A stretch of DNA of 64,000 bases from Mycobacteriales bacterium (GTDB lineage: Bacteria > Actinomycetota > Actinomycetes > Mycobacteriales > Jatrophihabitantaceae), in NCBI GenBank assembly GCA_038207565.1, contig JBBQZQ010000009.1:13128-77127 (forward strand). The letters are read 5' to 3'. A program made the position numbers and the translations under genes. This document shows, piece by piece, positions 1 through 9,877 of the stretch. The notes under the pieces were generated by a model. It searched no databases. It was not told the origin of the DNA and saw nothing but the letters and a program-made list of their open reading frames with translations. The stretch's first letter is position 1, and each line of letters starts with the position of its first letter.

Positions 1-128
1 AAGTGGTTGTAGAGCGTGGCCTTGGCGACTCCGGCAGCGGCCGCGACCTGAGCCATGGTGATCTTGGTGCCGCTGACCTCGACAGCCCGGCGCGCACCGT
101 CGAGCAGGGCCGAACGGGTGCGGTTCAT
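1..128 (-). CDS. TetR/AcrR-family transcriptional regulator, N-terminal part (gene runs off the left edge)
   Basis: Manual minus-strand translation from ATG at 128 gives MNRTRSALLDGARRAVEVSGTKITMAQVAAAAGVAKATLYNH(F), a canonical TetR HTH. An in-frame upstream ATG at 257 is an alternative start. It is absent from the ORF track because there is no stop in the window. Confidence 0.7.
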   Translation of the reverse strand, partial: MNRTRSALLDGARRAVEVSGTKITMAQVAAAAGVAKATLYNH

Positions 129-395
129 GGCGTTGCCCGCCCGGGTCCGCGTGCCGCGCACCCGCACCGGCGCCGCGGAAGCCATCGTCGGGGGGAACGT
201 CGGCGGAAGCGTCGTGGGGCGAAAGAGGGTGTCGAACAGCGGGTCGGAGGCGGTCATGGCTCTGACGCTAGGGCGGTCGCTGCGCCGTCCGCGGCAGGCC
301 GACCGGGACGCGCCGTTGGCCTGTGACTCAGGTGACCAATGGTGTCAGCGTTACCCACGTGACTGGCCGCTCGGGCGACGCGGGCTGAAAAGGGG

Positions 396-749
396 TCAGG
401 CCGCGGCAGTGCGGACCGACGTCAGCTGCGGCCCGGCATCGGTGCTCGGCGCGATCGCCATCCGCGCCGCGCCCGCCCCGGGAATGGTGGCCAGCCGGCC
501 ACCGGACTGCAGCTTCTCCTCGCGACGCAGCGTCGTGCTGACCTCGGCGAAGAGTTCGGAGAGCTCGACATCCAGCGCACCGGCGATCGCGGCGAGCAAC
601 TCCGACGAGGGCTCCTTCTGGCCACGCTCGACCTCGGAGAGGTAGCCCAGGCTCACCCGCGCACTTGAGGACACCTCGCGCAACGTTCGACGCTGGCGCA
701 GTCGCAGGGTGCGCAGGGTGTCACCCACTACCTGGCGAAGTACGGCCAT
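396..749 (-). CDS. clgR: XRE-family HTH regulator ClgR (Clp gene regulator)
   Basis: 117-aa [44 protein letters not shown] matches the ClgR HTH as I recall it, and the position directly downstream of pgsA matches Rv2745c/Rv2746c synteny. Confidence 0.85.
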   Translation of the reverse strand: MAVLRQVVGDTLRTLRLRQRRTLREVSSSARVSLGYLSEVERGQKEPSSELLAAIAGALDVELSELFAEVSTTLRREEKLQSGGRLATIPGAGAARMAIAPSTDAGPQLTSVRTAAA

Positions 750-873
750 GATGCGGACCCCCTCGGTGTCGTGTCGGCGGCCAGAGCTGGCGTGGTGCTG
801 TCGGCGGTGTCACCGCCGCAAACTCTCACGGTACCGGTCCCAGCCGATCGGCGAGCGGTGCGCACGTTGCGTC

Positions 874-887
874 CGCTCACAGCGAAC
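874..887 (-). promoter_or_regulatory. Candidate ClgR-type operator (GTTCGC-N5-GCG) upstream of clgR
   Basis: The minus strand reads GTTCGCTGTGAGCG, about 125 nt upstream of the clgR ATG. This fits the GTTCGC-5N-GCG / CGC-N5-GCG ClgR box described for Streptomyces and Corynebacterium (recalled, not searched). Confidence 0.35.
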
Positions 888-915
888 AACCCGTACTCGA
901 CAACATCGTGCCGCC

Positions 916-974
916 GGCTCGGCATTCCGGGTCAGGCGCGGGCTAGGCGCGGGCTCGGCATTCCGGGTCAGGCG
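916..974. repeat. 36-bp-period tandem duplication spanning the pgsA stop codon
   Basis: The 23-mer GGCTCGGCATTCCGGGTCAGGCG occurs identically at 916-938 and 952-974. The spacer contains GGCTAGGCG, which is the same unit with an internal deletion. The second copy contains the pgsA stop (tca at 968-970). Confidence 0.8.
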
Positions 975-1603
975 GCGACACGTGTGCCGTGCGCCTCGCG
1001 GCGCAGGCGCACGGCGCGCCCGACATAGTCGAACCCGGTGAGTAGCGCGACGACGATCGCTGCGATCATGGCGACCCAGGCGATATCGCGCAGCCAGCCC
1101 CACGGCGGCAGGACGAACAATCCGATCGCGACCGCCTGGAGCAGGGTCTTGACCTTGCCGCCACGGCTGGCGGCGATCACACCGTGGCGGATCACCCAGA
1201 ACCGCAGGACGGTCACGCCGACCTCGCGGACCATGATCACGACGGTCACCCACCACGGCAGGTCGCCCACCAGCGACAGCCCGATGAGGGCGGCACCCAC
1301 GAGCGTCTTGTCGGCAATGGGGTCGGCCAGCTTGCCGAACTCGGTGATCAGCCCCCGCTTACGGGCCAGCTCGCCGTCCAGGCGGTCGGTGATCGAGGCG
1401 ACTGCGAAGATCGCCCATGCGGCCACCCGCCAGCCCGGCGCGTTACCGGAATGACGCAACAGCGCGGCGAGGAACACTGGCACGAGCAGCAGGCGGAACA
1501 TGGTGAGTGCGTTCGCCAGATTCCACGCCGACGCGGGGCTCGGGGGATCCGAGATCGGGTCGTCGGGCAGCGGCGCGGGTTCGAACCTCGTCTGCCTCAC
1601 CAC
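968..1603 (-). CDS. pgsA: CDP-diacylglycerol--glycerol-3-phosphate 3-phosphatidyltransferase
   Basis: 211-aa ORF with the CDP-alcohol phosphatidyltransferase motif region ([27 protein letters not shown]) and multiple TM segments. The GTG start overlaps the rimO stop. Confidence 0.85.
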   Translation of the reverse strand: MVRQTRFEPAPLPDDPISDPPSPASAWNLANALTMFRLLLVPVFLAALLRHSGNAPGWRVAAWAIFAVASITDRLDGELARKRGLITEFGKLADPIADKTLVGAALIGLSLVGDLPWWVTVVIMVREVGVTVLRFWVIRHGVIAASRGGKVKTLLQAVAIGLFVLPPWGWLRDIAWVAMIAAIVVALLTGFDYVGRAVRLRREAHGTRVAA

Positions 1604-2991
1604 GGCGCGCCCACTGCCTCGGCCACCAGGTCGACGCCCTCCGCCCCGGTCACACGAGCGGGGACAAACCGGCCCACGGGTGCAGTCCTCCCGCCGGTCA
1701 GGCGTGTCGTCCCGTCCACGTCCGGACCCTGGTGCGCCGCGCGTCCGCTCATCTCCTCGACGTCGTCGACGAGCACCTCGACGGTGCTGCCGATCCGGTC
1801 GTCCGCGCGTTGGCTCATCAGCTCTTCGGCGAATGCGCTGATGTGCTCGACGCGGTCGGCGATCTCAGCTGCGGACAACTTGCCCGCGAAGGACTCGGCG
1901 TCGGTCCCGTCCTCGTCGGAGTAGCCGAACACCCCCACGACATCCAGGCGCGCCTGGCTCAGAAAGCGCACGAGTTCGGCGACGTCGTCCTCGGTCTCGC
2001 CCGGGAATCCGACGATGACATTGCTGCGCGCGCCCGCCTCGGGCGCGAACGATCGGGCTCGCTGCAGGATGTCGAGGAACGACTCGGTCGAGCCGAAGCG
2101 CTTCATCCGGCGCAGCACCGTCGGCGACGCGTGCTGGAAGGACAGGTCGAAGTACGGCGCGACACCCGGCGTGGTCGCGATTGTCTCGAGCAGGGCGGGC
2201 CGCAGCTCGGCCGGTTGCAGGTAGGACACCCGGATTCGCTCGATGCCGTCGACCGCGGCCAACTCGGGAAGAAGCTTCTCCAGCGCACGAAGGTCGCCCA
2301 GGTCCTTGCCGTAGGACGTCGAGTTCTCGCTCACCAGCACGATCTCGCGGGCCCCGGTCGAGGCCAGCCACTGCGCCTCGGCGAGCACATCGTGGCGTGG
2401 GCGCGACACGAACGCCCCCCGGAACGACGGGATCGCGCAGAACGTGCAACGCCGGTCGCAGCCGGAAGCGATCTTGAGGTACGCGACGGGCGAGGTGTCC
2501 AGCCGGGTGCGGGCCACGCCGGACGGCAGCCACGCGTGTCCGGGCACGGCGACGTCGGCAATTGCGGCGCGACGGTGCACCGGCGACACGGGCAGCAGGG
2601 TGCGGCGATCGCGCGGGGTGTGCGGGGTGAGCGCCCGTCCCGCCGCGACGTCGTCCAGGCGAGCCGCGATGTCGGCATAGGAATCGAAGCCCAGCACCGC
2701 GTCGGCCTCGGGCAGCGATTGGGCGAGTTCCACGCCGTACCGCTCGGCGAGGCAGCCGACGGCGACCACCTTTTTGCCGGTGTCGGCTGCGGCGAGGACG
2801 GTGTCGATCGAGTCCTTCTTGGCCGAGTCGACGAATCCGCAGGTGTTCACCACGAGCACGTCGGCGTCGTCATCGGATTCGGTGAGCGTCCATCCTCCGG
2901 CGCCCAGGCGGGCGGCGAGCTCCTCGGAATCGACCTCGTTGCGGGCGCACCCGAGCGTCACGACCGATACGCGACGCGCGCCTTCATCCAC
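1597..2991 (-). CDS. rimO: Ribosomal protein S12 methylthiotransferase RimO (radical SAM)
   Basis: [18 protein letters not shown]-terminal MTTase domain, radical-SAM CDRRCTFC motif and C-terminal TRAM-like region. The track ORF extends to 3150, but I place the start at GTG 2991 ([15 protein letters not shown]). The start is uncertain. Confidence 0.8.
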   Translation of the reverse strand: MDEGARRVSVVTLGCARNEVDSEELAARLGAGGWTLTESDDDADVLVVNTCGFVDSAKKDSIDTVLAAADTGKKVVAVGCLAERYGVELAQSLPEADAVLGFDSYADIAARLDDVAAGRALTPHTPRDRRTLLPVSPVHRRAAIADVAVPGHAWLPSGVARTRLDTSPVAYLKIASGCDRRCTFCAIPSFRGAFVSRPRHDVLAEAQWLASTGAREIVLVSENSTSYGKDLGDLRALEKLLPELAAVDGIERIRVSYLQPAELRPALLETIATTPGVAPYFDLSFQHASPTVLRRMKRFGSTESFLDILQRARSFAPEAGARSNVIVGFPGETEDDVAELVRFLSQARLDVVGVFGYSDEDGTDAESFAGKLSAAEIADRVEHISAFAEELMSQRADDRIGSTVEVLVDDVEEMSGRAAHQGPDVDGTTRLTGGRTAPVGRFVPARVTGAEGVDLVAEAVGAPW

Positions 2992-3100
2992 GTATCGCAG
3001 GCTACCCGTGGGCGGGGTACGGCCCGCTGTCCCGCCGTCGGTAGCCGCTGACCGGTCCGGCCCGCCGCGCCCCCGCCGAGCGTCTCGATACGGTTTCGGT

Positions 3101-3601
3101 GTGCCCCCGCTCGTCCGTCGCGCCCGCACCGCCGATGTCGCGCGCATCAAAGCCCTCGTCGATATCTACGCGGGCTCCGGGCGCAAGCTGCTCGCGAAAG
3201 ACCTGGTCACGTTGTACGAGGACGTCCAGGACTTTCGCGTCGCCGAGGACGGCGGTCACATCGTCGCGTGCGGCGCGTTGCATGTGCTGTGGGCCGATCT
3301 CGGCGAGATCCGCACGCTGGCGGTACACCCCGACCGGCGCGGCGAGCGGCTCGGCGCGGCGGTGCTCGACGAGCTGATCGCGACCGCGCGCGAACTGGGG
3401 TTGTCGCGGTTGTTCGCACTGACCTTCCATCACGACTTCTTCGCCCGGCACGGGTTCCGCGAGATCGACGGCACCCCGGTCGACCCGGACACCTACGACG
3501 CGCTCCGCCGCTCCTACGACCCGGGCATAGCGGAGTTCCTCGGCCTCGAGTACGTCAAGCCGAACACGCTGGGCAACGTACGCATGTTGCGCCGGCTCTG
3601 A
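3101..3601 (+). CDS. GNAT-family amino-acid N-acetyltransferase (ArgA/Rv2747-like)
   Basis: The C-terminal 166 aa of track ORF 2774..3601 start at GTG 3101 ([20 protein letters not shown]...). GNAT core [20 protein letters not shown]. Divergent from rimO, as in the mycobacterial locus. Confidence 0.7.
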   Translation: MPPLVRRARTADVARIKALVDIYAGSGRKLLAKDLVTLYEDVQDFRVAEDGGHIVACGALHVLWADLGEIRTLAVHPDRRGERLGAAVLDELIATARELGLSRLFALTFHHDFFARHGFREIDGTPVDPDTYDALRRSYDPGIAEFLGLEYVKPNTLGNVRMLRRL

Positions 3602-3658
3602 CCCACCGTCCCGCGCGCCTCACCGGTCACGGCAGTCCCGCGCGTTAACGTCGCGCGC

Positions 3659-3880
3659 ATGGAGGTGAGGGCTGTGACCACAGCGGATCGCATCAAGCCC
3701 GGGCATCGGATCTGGGCGGCCCCGCCGAGTCCGCGCACGATCGACACTTCGCCCACGGTGGACACCCCGCGCACCATCGCCACGACGAGCCGGGGCTACG
3801 TCGGGCGCCACCGCCGTCCGGGCACGCGGGGTTTCGCGTTGCTACGGATGTTCTATCTAGGCAGGCACCGCCGCCGCTGA
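3659..3880 (+). CDS. Hypothetical small basic protein (weak call)
   Basis: 73-aa ORF. GGAGGTGAGG precedes an in-frame GTG at 3674. Third-codon positions are mostly G/C. It contains the repeated motif Y(V/L)GRHRR. No family recognised. Confidence 0.25.
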   Translation: MEVRAVTTADRIKPGHRIWAAPPSPRTIDTSPTVDTPRTIATTSRGYVGRHRRPGTRGFALLRMFYLGRHRRR

Positions 3881-3899
3881 TCACGGCAGCACCTACTGC

Positions 3900-6410
3900 T
3901 CACCCGGCCGCGGAGCCCCCGCCCGCGCGGGCGGCGTCTTGGTCGTGAACCCCGTCGGACTCCGCCTCGAGAAGATCGTCGGCCGTCCCGCCGTTGCGCA
4001 GTGCATAAAGCAGGCCCGCCATTTCGTCGGGAACCAGCAACACCTCGCGCGCCTTGGAGCCCTCCGAAGGCCCCACGATGCCGCGCGACTCCATTAGGTC
4101 CATCAGCCGCCCGGCCTTCGCGAAGCCGACCCGCAACTTGCGCTGCAGCATCGACGTCGAGCCGAACTGCGTGGAGACGACGAGCTCGACCGCGGACAGG
4201 AACAGATCCATGTCGTCGCCGATCTCCTCGTCGATCTCCTTGCGGGCCGCCTGCGGCGCGGTGACGTCCTCGCGGTAGGTCGGCTGCAGCTGCAGCTTGC
4301 AGTGGTCGACGATGCTGTTGATCTCCGCATCGGTGACGAACGCACCCTGCATGCGCGCGGCCTTGGAGGCCCCCATCGGCAGGAACAGCGCGTCACCCTT
4401 GCCGAGCAGCTTCTCCGCACCCGGCTGATCGAGGATGACTCGCGAGTCGGCCAGCGACGACGTCTTGAAACCCAGTCGCGAAGGCACATTCGCCTTGATC
4501 AGTCCGGTGACGACATCGACGGACGGCCGCTGCGTGGCGATGACGAGGTGGATTCCGGCGGCGCGGGCGAGCTGGGTGATGCGCACGATCGAGTCCTCCA
4601 CGTCGCGTGGCGCAACCATCATCAGGTCAGCGAGCTCGTCGACGATCACCAGCAGGTAGGGGTAGGCGGTGTAGACCCGCTCCGAGCCGGGTGGGGCGAC
4701 CAGTTCCCCGGTGCGCACCTTGCGGTTGAAGTCGTCGATGTGGCGCACGCCAGAGGTCTCCATGTCCTCGTAGCGCATGTCCATCTCGCGCACGACCCAC
4801 TGCAACGCGTCGGCGGCCTTCTTCGCGTTCGTGATCACCGGCGTGACCAGATGCGGAATGCCCTGGTAGGCGGCGAACTCCACCCGTTTCGGATCGATCA
4901 GCACCATACGCACCTGGTCGGGAGTGGCCCGGGTGAGGATCGACAGGATGAGCGTGTTGATGCAGCTCGACTTGCCCGCACCGGTAGCGCCGGCCACCAG
5001 CAGATGGGGCATCTTGGCAAGGTTCGCGACGACGAAGCCGCCTTCGACGTCCTTGCCGAGAGCCACCAGCATGGGGTGCTGATCGCGCTGCGCGATCGGC
5101 GAGCGCAGCACGTCACCGATCATCACGACCTCCGGGTCGGCGTTCGGAATCTCGACGCCAACGGCACTTCGTCCGGGAATCGGCGACAGGATTCGGACCT
5201 CGGCGCTCTTGACCGCATAGGCGATGTTGCGGGTCAGGTTCGTGATCCGCTCGACCTTCACGCCGGGGCCTAGCTCGATCTGGTAGCGCGTCACGGTAGG
5301 GCCGCGGTCGAAACCGGTGACCGCGCAGTCCACGTCGAACTCGGCGAACACCTGGGTCAGCGCCGAGATGACCTCGTCGTTGGCCCGGGTGTGCTCCATG
5401 TGCGGCGTGCCCGGGGCCAAGCCCTTCAGCGACGGCAGCGTGTACAGGCCGGCGCCGTTGGAGAGCTCGAGCTGCATCGGCCGGTCGATCGGCGGCAGGT
5501 CGCTTTCGGCCTTCGGCACGCGCGGTGTGCGCGGCCTGGGCCTGGCGCCGTCTTCCCCGGCCCGGGACACCTCGGCGGAGGGCGGCTGGCCGGAGGTTTC
5601 GTCCTCGTCCGGGAGGGCTCGCTTGCGACCTCGCCTGGCCGGCGGTGGTGGTGGGTCGCCCGCGGCGTCCGCGCCGACATCCTCGACGGCGCCGCGCACA
5701 CTGGCGGACGGGCGGCGCACGACGAGGCCGCGCACGTATCCGGCCAGCACGCTCATCGGCGTCGCCGTCGACACGAGAATTCCGAACAGCCCGACGATCA
5801 GCAGCAGCGGAACGGCGAGAGCGGGCGTGAGTCCCTTGCCGAGCGGGCCGCCGACGAGAGCGCCGACGACGCCCCCGGCGTGCTGCCGATCGTGGACGGT
5901 GCCGCTGCCGCCGGCCCAGAGATCGAGCATTCCCAGCACGCTGACGGCGAGGGCGAACGTGCCGACAACGACGCGGCCGCGTTCCTGCGGTGCGGGCGCG
6001 TGCCGCAGCATGTGCACGGCGGCGAACACCAGCAGCGCGGGCAGGAACAACGCCGCGTTGCCGACCAGAGTCCGGCACCCGGCGGTGATCGCGTGGCCCA
6101 CCGGCCCACCGGCGCCGAACCAGATCGCGACGACGCACACCAGCCCGACGCCGAGCACGCCGAGTGCCGCGGCGTCGCGGCGATGGGCGCTATCCAGGTC
6201 GCGGGCGGTGGCGGCGTTGCGCCCGATGGCCCGGGCGAGGCTGCCGATGACCGTTGCGAGGGCGCGCCAGCAGGCGGCCAGGGCCTTGCCCGCTCCGGTC
6301 AGCGGGGCGGCGAGCGGTGCCCACTTGCTCCGCGCGGGCTTACGCGCCGGCCTCTTGCCGGGCGAGCGTCGCGCGGTCGGGCGGGTACGCGTTCCGGGTC
6401 CTGCAGCCAC
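3900..6410 (-). CDS. ftsK: DNA translocase FtsK
   Basis: 836 aa with N-terminal TM segments, a Pro/Ala-rich linker, a motor domain with Walker A GATGAGKSSCIN, and a C-terminal winged-helix gamma domain (STSMLQRKLRVGFAKAGRLMDLME). Confidence 0.95.
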   Translation of the reverse strand: MAAGPGTRTRPTARRSPGKRPARKPARSKWAPLAAPLTGAGKALAACWRALATVIGSLARAIGRNAATARDLDSAHRRDAAALGVLGVGLVCVVAIWFGAGGPVGHAITAGCRTLVGNAALFLPALLVFAAVHMLRHAPAPQERGRVVVGTFALAVSVLGMLDLWAGGSGTVHDRQHAGGVVGALVGGPLGKGLTPALAVPLLLIVGLFGILVSTATPMSVLAGYVRGLVVRRPSASVRGAVEDVGADAAGDPPPPPARRGRKRALPDEDETSGQPPSAEVSRAGEDGARPRPRTPRVPKAESDLPPIDRPMQLELSNGAGLYTLPSLKGLAPGTPHMEHTRANDEVISALTQVFAEFDVDCAVTGFDRGPTVTRYQIELGPGVKVERITNLTRNIAYAVKSAEVRILSPIPGRSAVGVEIPNADPEVVMIGDVLRSPIAQRDQHPMLVALGKDVEGGFVVANLAKMPHLLVAGATGAGKSSCINTLILSILTRATPDQVRMVLIDPKRVEFAAYQGIPHLVTPVITNAKKAADALQWVVREMDMRYEDMETSGVRHIDDFNRKVRTGELVAPPGSERVYTAYPYLLVIVDELADLMMVAPRDVEDSIVRITQLARAAGIHLVIATQRPSVDVVTGLIKANVPSRLGFKTSSLADSRVILDQPGAEKLLGKGDALFLPMGASKAARMQGAFVTDAEINSIVDHCKLQLQPTYREDVTAPQAARKEIDEEIGDDMDLFLSAVELVVSTQFGSTSMLQRKLRVGFAKAGRLMDLMESRGIVGPSEGSKAREVLLVPDEMAGLLYALRNGGTADDLLEAESDGVHDQDAARAGGGSAAG

Positions 6411-6514
6411 CGGCCAACCCTAACGCTGAACTCGACAGTGATCGCGCAGGCGCGGCGTCCGTCAGTGATCGGGCAACGCCGTCACTTGTCCGGACGGCCC
6501 CGCGGGCCGATCCG

Positions 6515-7411
6515 TCACAGGCCGGCGGCGGCGAGGTCGGCGCGCAGGTGGCTGATCTCGTGCTCGGTCGCGTCCACGAGCGGCAGCCGGACGGGCCCGA
6601 CGTGCAGACCGCGCAGCGCCAGTCCCGCCTTGACCAAGATCGTCCCCTGGGTGCGGAAGATTCCGGTGTAGATCGGCAGCAGCTGCCGGTGCAGCCGTGC
6701 GGCCTCGGCGACATCGCCTCGCTCGTAGGCCTCGATCATTGCCCGGGTGGCGGCACCGCTGAAATGCGTGGACGTCCCGACGACGCCGACACCGCCGATC
6801 GCGAGCAGTGGCAAGGTGTTCGCGTCGTCGCCGCTGTAGAACGCGAGGTCGGTCTCGGCCATCACCCTTGTCGACGCAGCGAAATCGCCCTTGGCATCCT
6901 TCACCGCCACGATCTGCGGGTGCGCACCGAGCGCGATCATCGTGTCCGGGGTGATCGGGACGACGCTGCGACCGGGGATGTCGTAGAGCATCAACGGCAG
7001 TTCGGTGGCATCGGCCACCGCCCGGAAGTGCGCCAGGACTCCTGCCTGCGGCGGCTTCGAGTAGTAAGGCGTCACCACCAGCACGCCGTGTGCGCCGGCC
7101 TTGGCCGCCTGCTCAGCCAGATGGATCGTGTGCACCGTGTCGAACGTGCCCACGCCGGCAAGCACCTGCACGCGGTCTCCGACCGCGTCGACGACGGCGC
7201 GCACCAGGTCGGCCTTCTCGCCGTCGGAGGTGGTGGGCGACTCGCCGGTCGTGCCGTTGATGACCAGTCCGTCGTTGCCCTGCTCGTCCACGAGCCGGAC
7301 GGCCAGGCTGCGGGCGGTCTCGAGGTCGAGGGCGCCGCTGACGTCGAACGGGGTGACCATCGCGGTGAGCAGCCTGCCGAAGGGACGGCGGGTATCGGCA
7401 GAAGCGGTCAT
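6515..7411 (-). CDS. dapA: 4-hydroxy-tetrahydrodipicolinate synthase
   Basis: FGRLLTAMVTPF...GLVINGTTGESPT...VIAGVGT-type DapA motifs. Start set at ATG 7411 (MTASADTRRPF); the track ORF extends spuriously to 7609. Confidence 0.9.
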   Translation of the reverse strand: MTASADTRRPFGRLLTAMVTPFDVSGALDLETARSLAVRLVDEQGNDGLVINGTTGESPTTSDGEKADLVRAVVDAVGDRVQVLAGVGTFDTVHTIHLAEQAAKAGAHGVLVVTPYYSKPPQAGVLAHFRAVADATELPLMLYDIPGRSVVPITPDTMIALGAHPQIVAVKDAKGDFAASTRVMAETDLAFYSGDDANTLPLLAIGGVGVVGTSTHFSGAATRAMIEAYERGDVAEAARLHRQLLPIYTGIFRTQGTILVKAGLALRGLHVGPVRLPLVDATEHEISHLRADLAAAGL

Positions 7412-7491
7412 CCGTCGAAAATACCGCGCTGGACGGGTGTTGAGCCGCAGCCGCCCTGCCGATCCCTGTCGATATCTGGTCGAATCTGGCC

Positions 7492-8868
7492 ATGACAACC
7501 GGGACCGTCCTCGATCGCACCCACCTGCTGACCCTGCTCGCGCGCGAGCGGGCGATGTTCGCCGAGACGCACCCGCGGTCACTGGGGGCCTACCGCGACG
7601 CGCAGGCATCCTTGTTCGGCGGTGTTCCGATGACCTGGATGAACAAGGCGGCAGGCGGTTTCCCGCTCTACGTGGTATCAGCGCGGGGCGCGCACGTCAG
7701 CGACCTCGACGGCCAGGACTACATCGACTTCGCACTCGGCGACACCGGCGCGATGGCCGGTCACTCCCCCGGGCCGACCGTCGACGCAGTGCGGTACCGA
7801 ATCGAGGACCTCGGCGGGATTACCACGATGATGCCGACGACCGACGCGGCTTGGGTCGGTACGGAACTCACCCGCCGGTTCGGTCTGGCACGCTGGAGCT
7901 TCACCTTGACGGCGACCGACGCGAACCGCTGGGCGATCCGCCTCGCCCGCGCCGTGACCGGGCGGCCCAAGATTCTGGTCGACTCGTACTGCTACCACGG
8001 CAGTGTGGACGAGGTGCTGGTGAAGGTGGCCACGGACGGGCGGCAGGTGATCCGCGAGGGCAATGTCGGCGCGCCGGTCGACCCGACGACGACCACGCGC
8101 GTGGTCGAGTTCAACGACCTCGACGCACTGGAGCGCGAGCTGTCCTACGGCGACGTCGCGTGCGTGCTCATGGAGCCGGCCCTCACCAACATCGGCATCG
8201 TCCTACCCGAACCGGGCTACCTTGCCGGCGTTCGCGAACTGACCGCCAGGACCGGCACGTTGCTGATCAACGACGAGACGCACACCCTGTCGGCCGGCCC
8301 GGGCGGCGCCACGCAGGCGTGGTCACTCGAGCCGGACGCGGTCACGCTCGGCAAGGCGATCGGCGGTGGCGTCCCGTGCGGCGCGTACGGGCTCTCGGCC
8401 GACCTGAGCGAGCGGATCGAGGCGATGACCGACCTGGATCTCGTCGACATGGGCGGCGTCGGCGGGACGCTCGCCGGCAACCCGATGTCGGTGGCCGCGA
8501 TGCGCGCGACCCTGTCCGAGGTGCTGACCGACGACGTATGGGGGCCGATGACGGCGCTGGCCGACCGGTTCGGCGACGCCGTCGAGAAGGTCATCGCCCA
8601 GCACCAGCTGCCGTGGTCGGTCAGCCGGCTCGGTGCCCGCGTCGAGTACCGCTTCTGCGCTCCGGCACCGCGCACGGGCGGTGAGTCAGCAGCCGCTGCG
8701 GACGCCGACCTCGAGGACTACCTGCACGCCTACCTCGGCAACCGCGGGGTGCTGATGACGCCGTTTCACAACATGGCGCTGATGTGCCCTGCCACGACGG
8801 AGGCCGACGTCGACCGGCACACCGAACTGTTCAGCGCGGCGGTCGACGACCTCGTCGGCGCCCGCTGA
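7492..8868 (+). CDS. Class-III PLP-dependent aminotransferase (glutamate-1-semialdehyde aminomutase-like)
   Basis: 458 aa. LINDETHT...TLGKAIGGGVPCGAYG (PLP lysine context) is typical of the aspartate aminotransferase fold, class III. Confidence 0.75.
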   Translation: MTTGTVLDRTHLLTLLARERAMFAETHPRSLGAYRDAQASLFGGVPMTWMNKAAGGFPLYVVSARGAHVSDLDGQDYIDFALGDTGAMAGHSPGPTVDAVRYRIEDLGGITTMMPTTDAAWVGTELTRRFGLARWSFTLTATDANRWAIRLARAVTGRPKILVDSYCYHGSVDEVLVKVATDGRQVIREGNVGAPVDPTTTTRVVEFNDLDALERELSYGDVACVLMEPALTNIGIVLPEPGYLAGVRELTARTGTLLINDETHTLSAGPGGATQAWSLEPDAVTLGKAIGGGVPCGAYGLSADLSERIEAMTDLDLVDMGGVGGTLAGNPMSVAAMRATLSEVLTDDVWGPMTALADRFGDAVEKVIAQHQLPWSVSRLGARVEYRFCAPAPRTGGESAAAADADLEDYLHAYLGNRGVLMTPFHNMALMCPATTEADVDRHTELFSAAVDDLVGAR

Positions 8869-8880
8869 CGAGGTCGGCGC

Positions 8881-9633
8881 TCAGCCCTCCGACACGTACG
8901 GGCTGGACGCGACCTCGGTGCCGTCGGGCAGTGCGGTCACCTCGAAGTCGGCGAACACGTTGGGGGCGATGCGCAGCAGCTCGTGCAGACACGCCACTGC
9001 GAGCCCGCGGATCTCCACATCGGCGTGCTCGGACGCCCGCATCGCGACGAAGTGCCGCCAGGCGCGGTAGTTGCCGGTGATCACGACGCGCGTCTCGGTC
9101 GCATTTGGCAGCACCGCCCGCGCCGCCTGGCGCGCCTGCGTGCGCCGCAGCGTTGCCTGCGGCGATCCCGCGAAGCGCTGCTCGAGACCGTCGAGCAGCC
9201 CGGCGTACGCAGCGGATGCCGCCTCCGTCGCAGCAACGAAGCGGGCGTGCAGCTCGGGGTCGTCGGCAATCACGTCCGGCTCGATCTGCACCGCGTCGCG
9301 TTCGGGAACGTAGCGCTGCGACAGCTGGGAGAAGCTGAAGTGCCGATGCCGCACCAGCTCGTGGGTCAGCGAGCGCGAAACACCGCGGATGTAGAGGGTG
9401 ACCGTCCCGTGCTCGAGCACGGAAAGGTGACCCACCTCGAGGATGTGGCGCAGATAGGTGGCATTCGTCGCGGTCGCCGGGTTCGGCTTCGCCCAGGACT
9501 CGTAGCACGCCCGGCCGGCGAACTCGGCAAGCGCCTGGCCGCCGTCGGCATCGGTCGTCCAGGCAATGTCGGCAGGCGCGGCGAACTGCGTCCACGCGAC
9601 GGCCTCGACCCGCATCGCCTCGGCAACCCGCAT
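8881..9633 (-). CDS. thyX: FAD-dependent thymidylate synthase ThyX
   Basis: 250 aa with the ThyX signature [14 protein letters not shown] (RHRxxSxxxxSxR). Confidence 0.9.
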   Translation of the reverse strand: MRVAEAMRVEAVAWTQFAAPADIAWTTDADGGQALAEFAGRACYESWAKPNPATATNATYLRHILEVGHLSVLEHGTVTLYIRGVSRSLTHELVRHRHFSFSQLSQRYVPERDAVQIEPDVIADDPELHARFVAATEAASAAYAGLLDGLEQRFAGSPQATLRRTQARQAARAVLPNATETRVVITGNYRAWRHFVAMRASEHADVEIRGLAVACLHELLRIAPNVFADFEVTALPDGTEVASSPYVSEG

Positions 9634-9655
9634 CGCGCCAGGCTAACGGCCAACC

Positions 9656-9871
9656 TTGTGCTGTTGCGGGCGGCGTCGTGAACCTGCTCAATTCCTGGCG
9701 CCGCGAACGCGAGGGCGTCGATCAGCCTGGACGAGGTGCGTCAACAACGGTTCCGGACGGGTCTCCTCGGACCTGCCGATCGAACGGGATCGCACCGGTT
9801 CCGGACGCGCGATCAGCCTGCGGGCCCGCACCGGCAGCGGGGACATCCACCTGTTGCGCGCCGCGGCCTGA
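9656..9871 (+). pseudogene. Possible C-terminal relic of a DUF4097-type beta-strand-repeat protein (weak)
   Basis: The 71-aa ORF ends ...NNGSGRVSSDLPIERDRTGSGRAISLRARTGSGDIHLLRAAA. The repeated T/NGSG(D/R)-I/V motif resembles the C-terminal repeats of DUF4097 proteins. There is no credible N-terminus. Confidence 0.2.
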
Positions 9872-9877
9872 CCGGGT

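Noticed and set aside
3-645. Plus-strand ORFs 3..326 and 55..645
   Set aside because: They oppose the TetR N-terminus (1-128/257) and clgR (396-749) and are Arg/Gly-rich without motifs.
1507-3051. 514-aa plus-strand ORF
   Set aside because: It is antisense to rimO over its whole length. The composition is Arg/Ala/Gly-rich without motifs, which is the typical shadow ORF of high-GC DNA. The minus-strand frame carries clear RimO motifs.
5317-6671. 368-aa and 426-aa plus-strand ORFs
   Set aside because: They are antisense to the ftsK N-terminal and linker region. They are low-complexity Arg/Pro/Ala-rich and have no recognisable domains.
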